A stretch of DNA of 39,055 bases, from positions 1 to 39,055 of the IMG/VR virus record IMGVR_UViG_3300050145_000009; one strand, written 5' to 3'. Below, one piece after another: positions 25,906 to 33,969 of the stretch (the stretch's first letter is position 1; each line of letters starts with the position of its first letter). Origin of the DNA: a virus (Duplodnaviria; Caudoviricetes). Under the pieces are notes generated by a model. It saw only the letters and a program-made list of their open reading frames with translations, did no database searches and was not told where the DNA came from. Both the position numbers and the translations under genes were made by a program.

Positions 25906-25931
25906 TCACCCATCGCAACAAGGAGAGATCA

Positions 25932-26051
25932 ATGCGAAAGTTCTACATCCCCCAGGGCTGCGACCAGCAGGGCCGATACGCTAGCGGATGGTACAGCGCA
26001 GACAGTTTTTTGTGCCGTTTGGTGCGCAAGTTGAAGGAGCAAGCAGCATGA
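25932..26051 (+). CDS. 39-aa hypothetical peptide (absent from the ORF track)
   Basis: MRKFYIPQGCDQQGRYASGWYSADSFLCRLVRKLKEQAA*; strong RBS; ATGA overlap. Confidence 0.6.
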   Translation: MRKFYIPQGCDQQGRYASGWYSADSFLCRLVRKLKEQAA

Positions 26052-26440
26052 CCCCACATCAATACATCCTGTCCGCAATCTGCGCGAAGGCTCAAGCAGA
26101 CGGCGCCATCCCAGCGGACGCGGCAATCAATGGCAGCACCGTTGATGCGCTGTATGACGCACTCAAGGACGCTGACGGGCATTGGGACTACGTTTCAGAG
26201 TTCCGCAGCGGCGATGTTGACACGGGCTTGAATTGCAAACGGAGCCGCCACTACGAATCAAAGGCCGTCGCCGCCAAGATCAATGGCACTTGGGTCGGCT
26301 GGACGTACTGGTATGGCGGCGGCAAGCACGGAGATCCGGAGGCTGTGTACTGGATGGAGTACGCCTACTTCTGCGATTGCGTTGAAGAAGAAAAGGTCGT
26401 CACCGGTTGCGCCTTCACGGCCAAGTGGCAAGCAGCATGA
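26048..26440 (+). CDS. Hypothetical phage protein
   Basis: SRHYESKAVA....G.WVGWTYWYGGGKHG.PE motif; AAGGAG RBS. Confidence 0.75.
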   Translation: MTPHQYILSAICAKAQADGAIPADAAINGSTVDALYDALKDADGHWDYVSEFRSGDVDTGLNCKRSRHYESKAVAAKINGTWVGWTYWYGGGKHGDPEAVYWMEYAYFCDCVEEEKVVTGCAFTAKWQAA

Positions 26441-27012
26441 GCGAATTCCACCTGCTGAGTGATGAGCGAATCATCGAGATTCGTAAAGAGACGCGAATTG
26501 CCGTCTACAACCCGTGGGCAGACACGCTCGCTCTTTCACGCGCCATCGAATCCGAATCCCGCGCACCGCTGCTTGCCGAGATTGAGCGCCTGGCCCGCGA
26601 GCAAAGCAACACGCAAGCCCGCCTTGACCGAGCAATCATCGCCGCAGAAGAACACTTCGGCGAGGACGCTGTTCGCTACAAGCTGAGCCTGTCAAAGAAC
26701 GGTCGCCCTCTGAATTGCTTCCCAAGCGACATGGACGGCAAGTGGTTTGCCTTCCAGCGTGCTGACGACGACGCGCACGTTGGCTTGTCTCTGCGCTGCC
26801 TTGAAGTCGAAATCGAGCGCAACGAGCTCCGCGAACAGGTCGAGCGGCTGAAGGCCGATGCGGAGGCAAGCGTTGCGGTTGTGACCGAGTGCCGCGATGC
26901 GCTGGCCGAGGAATTGAGCGCATGGGACATTGAACCGCCGATTCACCACATTGACCAAGCCCACAAGAGTTGCGTTGCATGGCTCGCAGCATGGGCACAA
27001 GGGGGCGAGTGA
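26437..27012 (+). CDS. Hypothetical mosaic coiled-coil protein
   Basis: AEIERL-type coiled-coil segments; coupled start. Confidence 0.65.
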   Translation: MSEFHLLSDERIIEIRKETRIAVYNPWADTLALSRAIESESRAPLLAEIERLAREQSNTQARLDRAIIAAEEHFGEDAVRYKLSLSKNGRPLNCFPSDMDGKWFAFQRADDDAHVGLSLRCLEVEIERNELREQVERLKADAEASVAVVTECRDALAEELSAWDIEPPIHHIDQAHKSCVAWLAAWAQGGE

Positions 27013-27251
27013 TGAGCAAAGACCTGAACAACCAACTGAAGGCATCCAAGCTCGCAATGGTGAAGATGCGCGCCCGCTGTGGCGTTCGATCAACTGAACG
27101 AGCCATTGATGCGGCAGCCAGTGATCGCAAGTTCCACCGCGAAATGATGGCCCAAACACTGCACAGCTACGCTGACATGACCGAGGCGGTTGAGCGCATC
27201 GGCGATTTGATGAAGCGCCACATTGACCAGGCAAAGAAGGACACGCAATGA
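27012..27251 (+). CDS. Hypothetical protein
   Basis: TGATG coupling; 79 aa, helical. Confidence 0.6.
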   Translation: MSKDLNNQLKASKLAMVKMRARCGVRSTERAIDAAASDRKFHREMMAQTLHSYADMTEAVERIGDLMKRHIDQAKKDTQ

Positions 27252-28357
27252 CCGCACCGAACACACCCGCCGAGCCGGTGGTTATTCGTCGACGCACGAT
27301 GGTTTATCCCAACAACGGGACTCCACATGAGATGACCGGATGGAGCTACAAGCCATACACAAAACACGAGTACGAGGGTCAAGTGGACGCCGCGAGGCTT
27401 TTTGTTGGCGACCAAGCTGTGCGAGTGGAGACAACCGTAGAGCTTCTCTACGCATCCCCGCAGCCAGCAGCACAGCAGCCTGAGCCTGCCGACAACGAGC
27501 GCAGCGCTTACTGCACGGCCTTTCCGGGCGCGGTTCCTCCCGATGATGCTGCGCGATGGGCTGGGTGGATGGCGCGTGCGGCACTCGCAGCACAGCAGCC
27601 TGACACTCCGCCAGCCGATGAGTTTGGCTACCTGAATTCGTGGCTGAACACGGCCCGCGAAATTGGTGAAGGCGAGTGCCCTCTGGCTGACCGCATGGCA
27701 ACGCGCCTCATGGCGATTGCTGAAGAGGGCGATCTTCCTGTTGCAGCACAGCAGCCGGTGGCGGTGCCTGAAGGGTTCGCGCTGGTGCCGAGCTACAGAG
27801 GGTATGCGCACCTGGGGATTGGCCGCTATCTCATCAACCACAGCGCCGCAGGCTCTCCCGCCGAGTTGGTAATCAGCCTCGCCACAAAGGCCGAGTGGGA
27901 TGGCCGTGAGGTCGGCGAAGAACGAGACAACGAACCAGGCGCAATGATTCAGCCGGAAGCCATGGCAGTGCGCATGTGCTTTGAGAACGTCGCCGGACTT
28001 GATGCGCTCGAAACGCAACTGCGATATGTCCGAGAAGTGCACTTCCCGGAGAGCATCGCAGCAGCACCGCAAGCACCGAGCCGTGAGCCGCTGACTGATG
28101 AGCAGCTTGCATGGGCGGAATTTGGACCGCTGATCGACAAGCACCACATGGTCATCAGCCCGCCGGAGTCCAGGGTTCATCGGAACGGCGGCCCCAATGC
28201 TGGCTGGGGGCAATCTGGCCTATGGCGTTGCTCAGCGTGGAAACACGGCATTGAGAAACGCCCGTACCACCACAGCGAAACCAGTGCACTGGATGTGCTG
28301 CGAAACGTGGCTGAGCAGATTGCCCACGGCATAACCAAGGAAGGCGGCAAGGCATGA
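27248..28357 (+). CDS. Mosaic accessory protein (Ea22/Eaa-like architecture)
   Basis: Modules separated by LYASPQP, AAQQP, VPEGFALVP, AAAPQ and PLTDEQ linkers. Confidence 0.65.
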   Translation: MTAPNTPAEPVVIRRRTMVYPNNGTPHEMTGWSYKPYTKHEYEGQVDAARLFVGDQAVRVETTVELLYASPQPAAQQPEPADNERSAYCTAFPGAVPPDDAARWAGWMARAALAAQQPDTPPADEFGYLNSWLNTAREIGEGECPLADRMATRLMAIAEEGDLPVAAQQPVAVPEGFALVPSYRGYAHLGIGRYLINHSAAGSPAELVISLATKAEWDGREVGEERDNEPGAMIQPEAMAVRMCFENVAGLDALETQLRYVREVHFPESIAAAPQAPSREPLTDEQLAWAEFGPLIDKHHMVISPPESRVHRNGGPNAGWGQSGLWRCSAWKHGIEKRPYHHSETSALDVLRNVAEQIAHGITKEGGKA

Positions 28358-28719
28358 GCGACCGCGAACTGTTGGAGCTGGCGGCTCGGGCGGCTGGGAT
28401 CACTGCTGTTTGGTTAGAGTGGATGACCAGCCAATCTTGTGCAGTTACGGGAACCAAGTTCACAAAGCGCACTGGACTAATTCTTGATGGGGGCGTTTGG
28501 AACCCGCTGAACGACGACGGCGATGCGCTGCGGCTGGCGGTGAAGCTAGGTCTTTCGGTGCAAGTCATCAACCGAAATTCAGAGACTCAAGCGATTTATC
28601 ACGTTGGCTACGAACTGCAAAAGCACGGTGACGACCCATTCGCCGCCACCAGACGCGCCATAACCCGCGCAGCGGCAGCCATCGGAGCGGAGATTCAGCG
28701 GCAGAGGGAGAGCAAGTGA
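28354..28719 (+). CDS. Conserved phage hypothetical protein
   Basis: MSDRELLELAARAAG...WNPL.DDGDALRLAVKL...AATRRAI.RAAA.IG. Confidence 0.8.
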   Translation: MSDRELLELAARAAGITAVWLEWMTSQSCAVTGTKFTKRTGLILDGGVWNPLNDDGDALRLAVKLGLSVQVINRNSETQAIYHVGYELQKHGDDPFAATRRAITRAAAAIGAEIQRQRESK

Positions 28720-28988
28720 AGATTGAAAAGCGCAGTTACAGCCGAAGCCCGTGGAGGCTTATCGACAACAACGGCAATGAGGTCATGTGGCAGCGCCCGA
28801 TGAAGCACCCTGACATTGGAGCGACATGGGTATATGAGCCAGTCATGGGCGACACAAAGACCGAATGCACCGAGCGCGTTCTAGAGCTTTTGGCTCTTTG
28901 CTTCTGGCGGCTCAACGCTGGCGTTGGGCCTAATCCAGCGTCAGCGGTTGCTAATGATGCCAATAAGACAGGAAAGGCTGAAGCATGA
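28716..28988 (+). CDS. Hypothetical protein
   Basis: GTGA overlap; GGGAG RBS. Confidence 0.6.
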   Translation: MKIEKRSYSRSPWRLIDNNGNEVMWQRPMKHPDIGATWVYEPVMGDTKTECTERVLELLALCFWRLNAGVGPNPASAVANDANKTGKAEA

Positions 28989-29197
28989 ACTTAGCCATCA
29001 TCAGACTTTTGGCGTTCCTCGCGTTTTCGCTTTTGTCGCTTTGGCTTGGCTGCTGGTTTCTTTCAATCTGCCCGCATTGGGCAGAGTATCCAACCCTCAT
29101 GTCGATGATGCTCTGTTTCTTTGGTGGCCTAGTCCCATCAGCCTTTGCCGCATCTGAAATCGCAGCAGCAGACCGAAAGGAACCGCGCAATGCCTGA
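28985..29197 (+). CDS. Small two-TM membrane protein
   Basis: Two hydrophobic segments; ATGA overlap. Confidence 0.6.
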   Translation: MNLAIIRLLAFLAFSLLSLWLGCWFLSICPHWAEYPTLMSMMLCFFGGLVPSAFAASEIAAADRKEPRNA

Positions 29198-29585
29198 AAT
29201 CACCCTGAAGCCGCTGCCTGAGCCTTTTGTCAGCGCGGTGGCCGTGACCTACGCGCTTGGCGGGAACATCAAAGAGCCGGTCTACACCGCTTCACAGGTC
29301 GAGCAAATCCGGCGCGATGCCGCGCGCAATGCGCTGGTGGCTGCTGCGGAGGCTTGTGCAACGGCAGGAGAAGCCGCAGCCGATATGCACGGAACCGGGG
29401 CCGAGTGCCTGCAAACGGCTGAACTCTGCGCCGACGCTATCCGCGCACTGATGCCGAAGGATGCAGCCGAGCGAGTCGCAGCCGCTGGCGGTTCTGGCCT
29501 GCCGGGGCTGCTGGAAAAGTTCGACGGCGTGCCTGACCAGTCCGGGCGGGTTGTTGGCGTGATGCCGAAGGAGGAAGGCAAGTAA
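29190..29585 (+). CDS. Hypothetical protein
   Basis: LKPLPEP..YTASQV...AAAEAC...CADAIRAL pattern; AAGGA RBS. Confidence 0.65.
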   Translation: MPEITLKPLPEPFVSAVAVTYALGGNIKEPVYTASQVEQIRRDAARNALVAAAEACATAGEAAADMHGTGAECLQTAELCADAIRALMPKDAAERVAAAGGSGLPGLLEKFDGVPDQSGRVVGVMPKEEGK

Positions 29586-29605
29586 TGCGTCAGGCCTAAA
29601 AGCTA

Positions 29606-29657
29606 TTGACTATTGACGCAAACACATATAATGGCCTGCAAATACCTGCGGGCCATT
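29606..29657 (+). promoter_or_regulatory. Promoter-like boxes plus a hairpin upstream of the portal gene
   Basis: TTGACT (29606) and TATAAT (29627), 15-nt spacer; stem ATGGCCTGCA/TGCGGGCCAT (29631-29656). Confidence 0.45.
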
Positions 29658-29661
29658 TTCC

Positions 29662-31707
29662 ATGCGTCAAACCGAAAAGCTAAAGAAGATTCACGCCAAG
29701 GCCCTGACGGGGTTTGATGCTGTTCAATCCGCATCGTATGACATGCGCAAGCTTTGCCTGACGGCGCGGCGCTTTGTGTCGATTCCTGGTGCTCAGTGGG
29801 AAGGCGCTCTACAGCAGCAGTTTGAGAACAAGCCTAAGTTTGAGGTGAACAAGGTTTGGGGTTCTGTTCAGCGCATCTTTAGCGAGTATCGGAATAACCG
29901 CGTGACGGTGGATTTTCTGCCGTCTGATGGCTCGCCTGATGACAAGCTGGCAGATGTGTGTGACGGTTTGTTCCGCGCTGACGTAGAGGCATCTGGTGGT
30001 CAGCAGGCTTTTGATAATGCATTCGAGGAAGGCGTTTCAGGCGGAATCGGTGCATGGCGTTTGTGTGCTGAGTATGAGGACGACGAAGACGAAGAGAACG
30101 ATAAGCAGCGGATTCGATTTCACCCTATCTATGATGCTGATTCGTCTGTCTACTTCGATCTAGATTCAAAGAAGCAAGACAAGTCAGACGCCCGCGAGTG
30201 CTGGGTTATTACGTCAATGTCTCCTGATGCTTATGCGCAGGAATGGGGAGAAGATCCGGCCAGCTTCGACAAGTCTATCTCCGGCGTGCAATGGGACTGG
30301 TATTCGCCCGATGTTGTCTACGTCGCTGAATACTATGTGATGGAGCATGAGAAGGACGAGGTTGTCACGTTCGTTGGCCTCGATGGTCAAGAGCGTAAGG
30401 TTCTGGCGTCGGAGCTTGAAGAAGACGAGGAATCCGACGAAATCTCTCTTGCTCAAGAGCTGGCGTCAACTGGCTTCACTGAAACCAAGCGCAAGCCGAT
30501 CAAGCGCAAGCGTTGCCACAAGTACATTCTGAGCGGGTCTCGCATTCTGGAAGATTGCGGCATCATCGCGGGAAATTGCATCCCAATCATCCCGTTCTAT
30601 GCGAAGCGTTGGTTTATCGACAACGTGGAACGGTGCGCTGGGCACGTCCAGAACGCGATGGATGCGCAACGGCTGCTGAATATGCAGTTGTCCAAACTGG
30701 CGGAGATTGCGGCCACTTCTAACGCATCCAAGCCTATTTTCGACCCGTCGCAGATTGCGTCCGAAGGCGATGTGCTTTCGGAAATGTGGCGCAATGACCC
30801 GATCAAGAATTACCCGTTCCTGATGGCAAAGGCGTTGCGCAACGCTGACGATTCGATTGTGCAGACCGGCCCAGTTGCTTACACGCAGCCGCCCCAGGTT
30901 CCGCCCGCACTTGCCGCGCTTACTCAATTCACCGCTGAAACAATGTCCGAGATTCTCGGAAATCAGCAGGCCGGTGAAGAGCTGATGGCGAACACGTCTG
31001 GTAAAGCCGTGGAGCTTGTGCAGGACAAGCTGGACATGCAGGTGTTTATCTACACCGATAACTTCCGCATTGCAATGAAGCGCTGCGGCGAAGTGTGGCT
31101 GGGCATGGCCCGCGATATCTACGTCGAGGAAAAGCGCAAAATGAAGTCAATCGGGCGCGACGAATCGACCAGCACTATTGAATTGGTGCGACCTACGTTT
31201 GACGCTGAGTCTGGCGAAATCACGTATGAGAACGACCTGACTAAGGCAAAGTTTGACGTTATCTCAAGCGTTGGCCCTTCGTCGTCATCCAAGCGCTCGG
31301 CTACCGTTCGCGCCCTGACTGGCATGGCTGCGGTTTCCGCTGACCCTCAAAACAAGGCCGTGCTTGAGTCGCTGGCGATGATGAATATGGAAGGCGAAGG
31401 CTTTGACGATATCCGCACCTTCTACCGCAAGAAGTTAATTCGTATGGGCGCTGTGAAGCCAAATGAGCAGGAACAGCAGGAACTTGCGCAAGAGCAGCAA
31501 CAGCAACAGCCTGACCCGCAAGCCGCGTATCTGATGGCTGAGGCGCAGAAGTCGCAGGCAATGACGGGTAAGGCGCTGGCTGATGCCGAATTGACCAAGG
31601 CGAAGACGGTTGAAACGCTCGCTAGTTTGGATATGTCGCGGCAGAAACAAGCCGTTGATACCGCGATTCAATTGCAAAACGCAGTCAATCAACCTATGCA
31701 AGGCTAA
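29662..31707 (+). CDS. P22-like portal protein
   Basis: 681 aa; GAQWEG...FENKPKFEVNKV, GGIGAWRL, CAGHV..A.DAQRL.NMQ.S, SGKAVE..Q...DMQ..IY.DN, Gln-rich C-terminal barrel. Confidence 0.93.
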   Translation: MRQTEKLKKIHAKALTGFDAVQSASYDMRKLCLTARRFVSIPGAQWEGALQQQFENKPKFEVNKVWGSVQRIFSEYRNNRVTVDFLPSDGSPDDKLADVCDGLFRADVEASGGQQAFDNAFEEGVSGGIGAWRLCAEYEDDEDEENDKQRIRFHPIYDADSSVYFDLDSKKQDKSDARECWVITSMSPDAYAQEWGEDPASFDKSISGVQWDWYSPDVVYVAEYYVMEHEKDEVVTFVGLDGQERKVLASELEEDEESDEISLAQELASTGFTETKRKPIKRKRCHKYILSGSRILEDCGIIAGNCIPIIPFYAKRWFIDNVERCAGHVQNAMDAQRLLNMQLSKLAEIAATSNASKPIFDPSQIASEGDVLSEMWRNDPIKNYPFLMAKALRNADDSIVQTGPVAYTQPPQVPPALAALTQFTAETMSEILGNQQAGEELMANTSGKAVELVQDKLDMQVFIYTDNFRIAMKRCGEVWLGMARDIYVEEKRKMKSIGRDESTSTIELVRPTFDAESGEITYENDLTKAKFDVISSVGPSSSSKRSATVRALTGMAAVSADPQNKAVLESLAMMNMEGEGFDDIRTFYRKKLIRMGAVKPNEQEQQELAQEQQQQQPDPQAAYLMAEAQKSQAMTGKALADAELTKAKTVETLASLDMSRQKQAVDTAIQLQNAVNQPMQG

Positions 31708-31732
31708 ATTATTCGCGTTATAGTAACGCTAT

Positions 31733-31756
31733 GGCATCCACCGGGCCTAATCGGTG
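31733..31756 (+). promoter_or_regulatory. Possible translational operator (small pseudoknot) upstream of the scaffold gene
   Basis: CACCG/CGGTG stem, with the 5' GGC able to pair with GCC in the loop; just upstream of the RBS. Confidence 0.3.
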
Positions 31757-31771
31757 AGTTAAGAGGGTCAA

Positions 31772-32629
31772 ATGGAAAACGAAACGGCAGATATCGAGGC
31801 TGAAATTATCGAGCCTGAGCAGGAAATCGAAACAACCGAAACGGAAAGTGAATCGACGGATTCGCAGGAAGTTGCGGGGGAATCGGAGGAAAGCGCAGAT
31901 GAGGTGGTTGTCAGTATCGGTGAGGAATCGCCACCTCAAGAGCAGGAAAAGGCGCCTGAATGGGTGCGCGAGTTGCGACGTAAACACCGTGAATTGCAAC
32001 GGGAAAATCAGGAACTGAAAGCGAAGCAGGAATCTGCGCGGCCAGTGACGATTGTCCCGAGCAAGCCGACGCTTGAATCGTGCGAGTATGACGCTGAGGT
32101 TTTTGAGCAGAAGCTGAATGCATGGGTTGATGCAAAGCGCATCGCTGATGCTGAAGCCGAAAAGACCGAATCGGCAAAGCGCGAGCAATCGAAGGCCTGG
32201 AATGACACTCTGACGCAGTTTGTCGAGGCAAAGAAGGCCACGAAGATTCGAGGCTATGAAGATGCCGAAGACGCTGTTAAGGAGGTGTTGTCAGAGGTTC
32301 AGCAGAATATTCTTGTGGGCACCTTTGACGCGCAAACGGCTGTGAACCTAATCGCTGTGCTTGGCGCAAACCCGAAGCGGGCGCGTGAACTTGCTGCAAT
32401 TACTGACCCGCTGAAGTATGTGCGTGAACTGACGAAACTTGAAGGACAGGTGAAAGTGACCGCACGTAAACCCGCAACTGCACCTGAGCGAACCGTCAAA
32501 TCTGGCTCCGCGCCGATTGGTGGTAGCTCTGAGGCAATCCTGGCACGACTTGAGGAAGAGGCTGATCGTACTGGCGACCGAACTAAGGTTGCCGCGTATC
32601 GTCGCAAACTCCGAGAGTCAAACACTTAA
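31772..32629 (+). CDS. Scaffolding protein
   Basis: Acidic N-terminus, APEWVRELR, KPTLE...YD, basic helical C-terminus (TGDRTKVAAYRR); between portal and coat. Confidence 0.88.
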   Translation: MENETADIEAEIIEPEQEIETTETESESTDSQEVAGESEESADEVVVSIGEESPPQEQEKAPEWVRELRRKHRELQRENQELKAKQESARPVTIVPSKPTLESCEYDAEVFEQKLNAWVDAKRIADAEAEKTESAKREQSKAWNDTLTQFVEAKKATKIRGYEDAEDAVKEVLSEVQQNILVGTFDAQTAVNLIAVLGANPKRARELAAITDPLKYVRELTKLEGQVKVTARKPATAPERTVKSGSAPIGGSSEAILARLEEEADRTGDRTKVAAYRRKLRESNT

Positions 32630-32647
32630 CTCACTGAGGATTTTTCA

Positions 32648-33919
32648 ATGGCTAATGCATTTAACAAGGAAGAGCGCGTAGCGTTCGATGAGGTTCTGGC
32701 TGGTTTCGGCGACCAACTGACCATTTCTAAGGGCGCGTCGGTCTATCGCACCGATAGCCAGATGATGGCCCGCACGAATGACGTGATCTGGCGTCCGATG
32801 CCGTACATCCTGCCGTCTTACGATGGCATGGATCAAACGTCCAACTTTAGCGACAAGACCCAATTGTCGGTGCCTTCGACCATTGGCTTCAAGAAGTCTG
32901 TGCCGTTCATTCTGGATGCCGTCGAGCTGCGCGACATGCTGCAAGAGAACCGCTTGGGCGATGCCGCAAAGCAGCGTTTGGCTAGCGATATCAACGTGGC
33001 CGTGACGAACACCGCCGCGCTGGCTGGCTCGCTGGTGGTGAAGCGTACTGGCGCAATCGTCGGCTATGACGATATCGCGGCTTGCGAAACCGTCCTGCGC
33101 GAACAAGGCGTCAACCCGCTGTCGGCGACCATCGGCCTGCATACCCGTGAATACAACGCGATGGCCTCGAACCTGGCTTCGCGTCAGACGCTGAACGGCA
33201 AGACCCAGACGGCCTATGAGCGCTCGCGGATCGGTCAAATCGCGATGTTCGACGCCTACAAGCTGGACTACACCTATCGCCTGACCGCTGCCGCTGGCAC
33301 GACCGTCACGGTGAACGGTGCAAACCAGCGCTATGTGCCGAAGGCCACCAGTACGGCTAGCTCGGGCGAAGTGGGCAATGTGGACAACCGTTACCAGAAC
33401 CTGAGCGTGACCGTCTCTAGCGGCACTATCAAGGTCGGCGATGCGTTCTCTGCTGCTGGCGTCAACTCGGTGCATCAAATCACCAAGGGCGACACCGGCC
33501 AACCTAAGACGTTCCGTGTGACGGCGATCATCTCTGGTGGTGGCGGCACGGGTGTGATTCAAATCAGCCCGCCGATCATCGCTGCTGATTCGTCTCCGAC
33601 GCAAGCTGAACTGCAATACAAGAACGTCACGGCTACCCCGGCTAACGGTGCCGCGCTTACTTGGCTGAACACTGCCGCCGCAAACGTGCAGCCGTTCTGG
33701 TCGAATGACGCCATCGAAATCCTGCCGGGCCGTTACGCTGTGCCGACTGATGCTGGCGCTGCTGTGATGCGTGGAACGACTGATAACGGGTTTGAAATCG
33801 TGATGACGAAGCAATACGACATCAACACGATGAAGACCAAGTACCGGTTTGACACGATGTTCGGCACCGTGATGAAGAACCCGGAAATGGCTGGCATCCT
33901 GCTGCTGCAACAGACCTAA
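32648..33919 (+). CDS. P22-family major capsid (coat) protein
   Basis: MANAFNKEERVAFD, IWRPMPYI, LASDIN, KYRFDT.FG.....PEMAGI.L..Q; 423 aa. Confidence 0.93.
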   Translation: MANAFNKEERVAFDEVLAGFGDQLTISKGASVYRTDSQMMARTNDVIWRPMPYILPSYDGMDQTSNFSDKTQLSVPSTIGFKKSVPFILDAVELRDMLQENRLGDAAKQRLASDINVAVTNTAALAGSLVVKRTGAIVGYDDIAACETVLREQGVNPLSATIGLHTREYNAMASNLASRQTLNGKTQTAYERSRIGQIAMFDAYKLDYTYRLTAAAGTTVTVNGANQRYVPKATSTASSGEVGNVDNRYQNLSVTVSSGTIKVGDAFSAAGVNSVHQITKGDTGQPKTFRVTAIISGGGGTGVIQISPPIIAADSSPTQAELQYKNVTATPANGAALTWLNTAAANVQPFWSNDAIEILPGRYAVPTDAGAAVMRGTTDNGFEIVMTKQYDINTMKTKYRFDTMFGTVMKNPEMAGILLLQQT

Positions 33920-33933
33920 TCAGGTCTAATCAG

Positions 33934-33960
33934 AGGGGAGTCTACGGGCTCCCCTTTTTT
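33934..33960 (+). terminator. Rho-independent terminator after the coat gene
   Basis: AGGGGAGTC-TACG-GGCTCCCCT followed by a T-run. Confidence 0.85.
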
Positions 33961-33969
33961 CATTCTGGA

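Noticed and set aside
27167-28213. 348-aa minus-strand ORF
   Set aside because: Antisense to the coupled + strand accessory genes; composition is not protein-like
32645-33910. 421-aa minus-strand ORF spanning the coat gene
   Set aside because: Antisense shadow of a highly codon-biased gene; no motifs and no RBS
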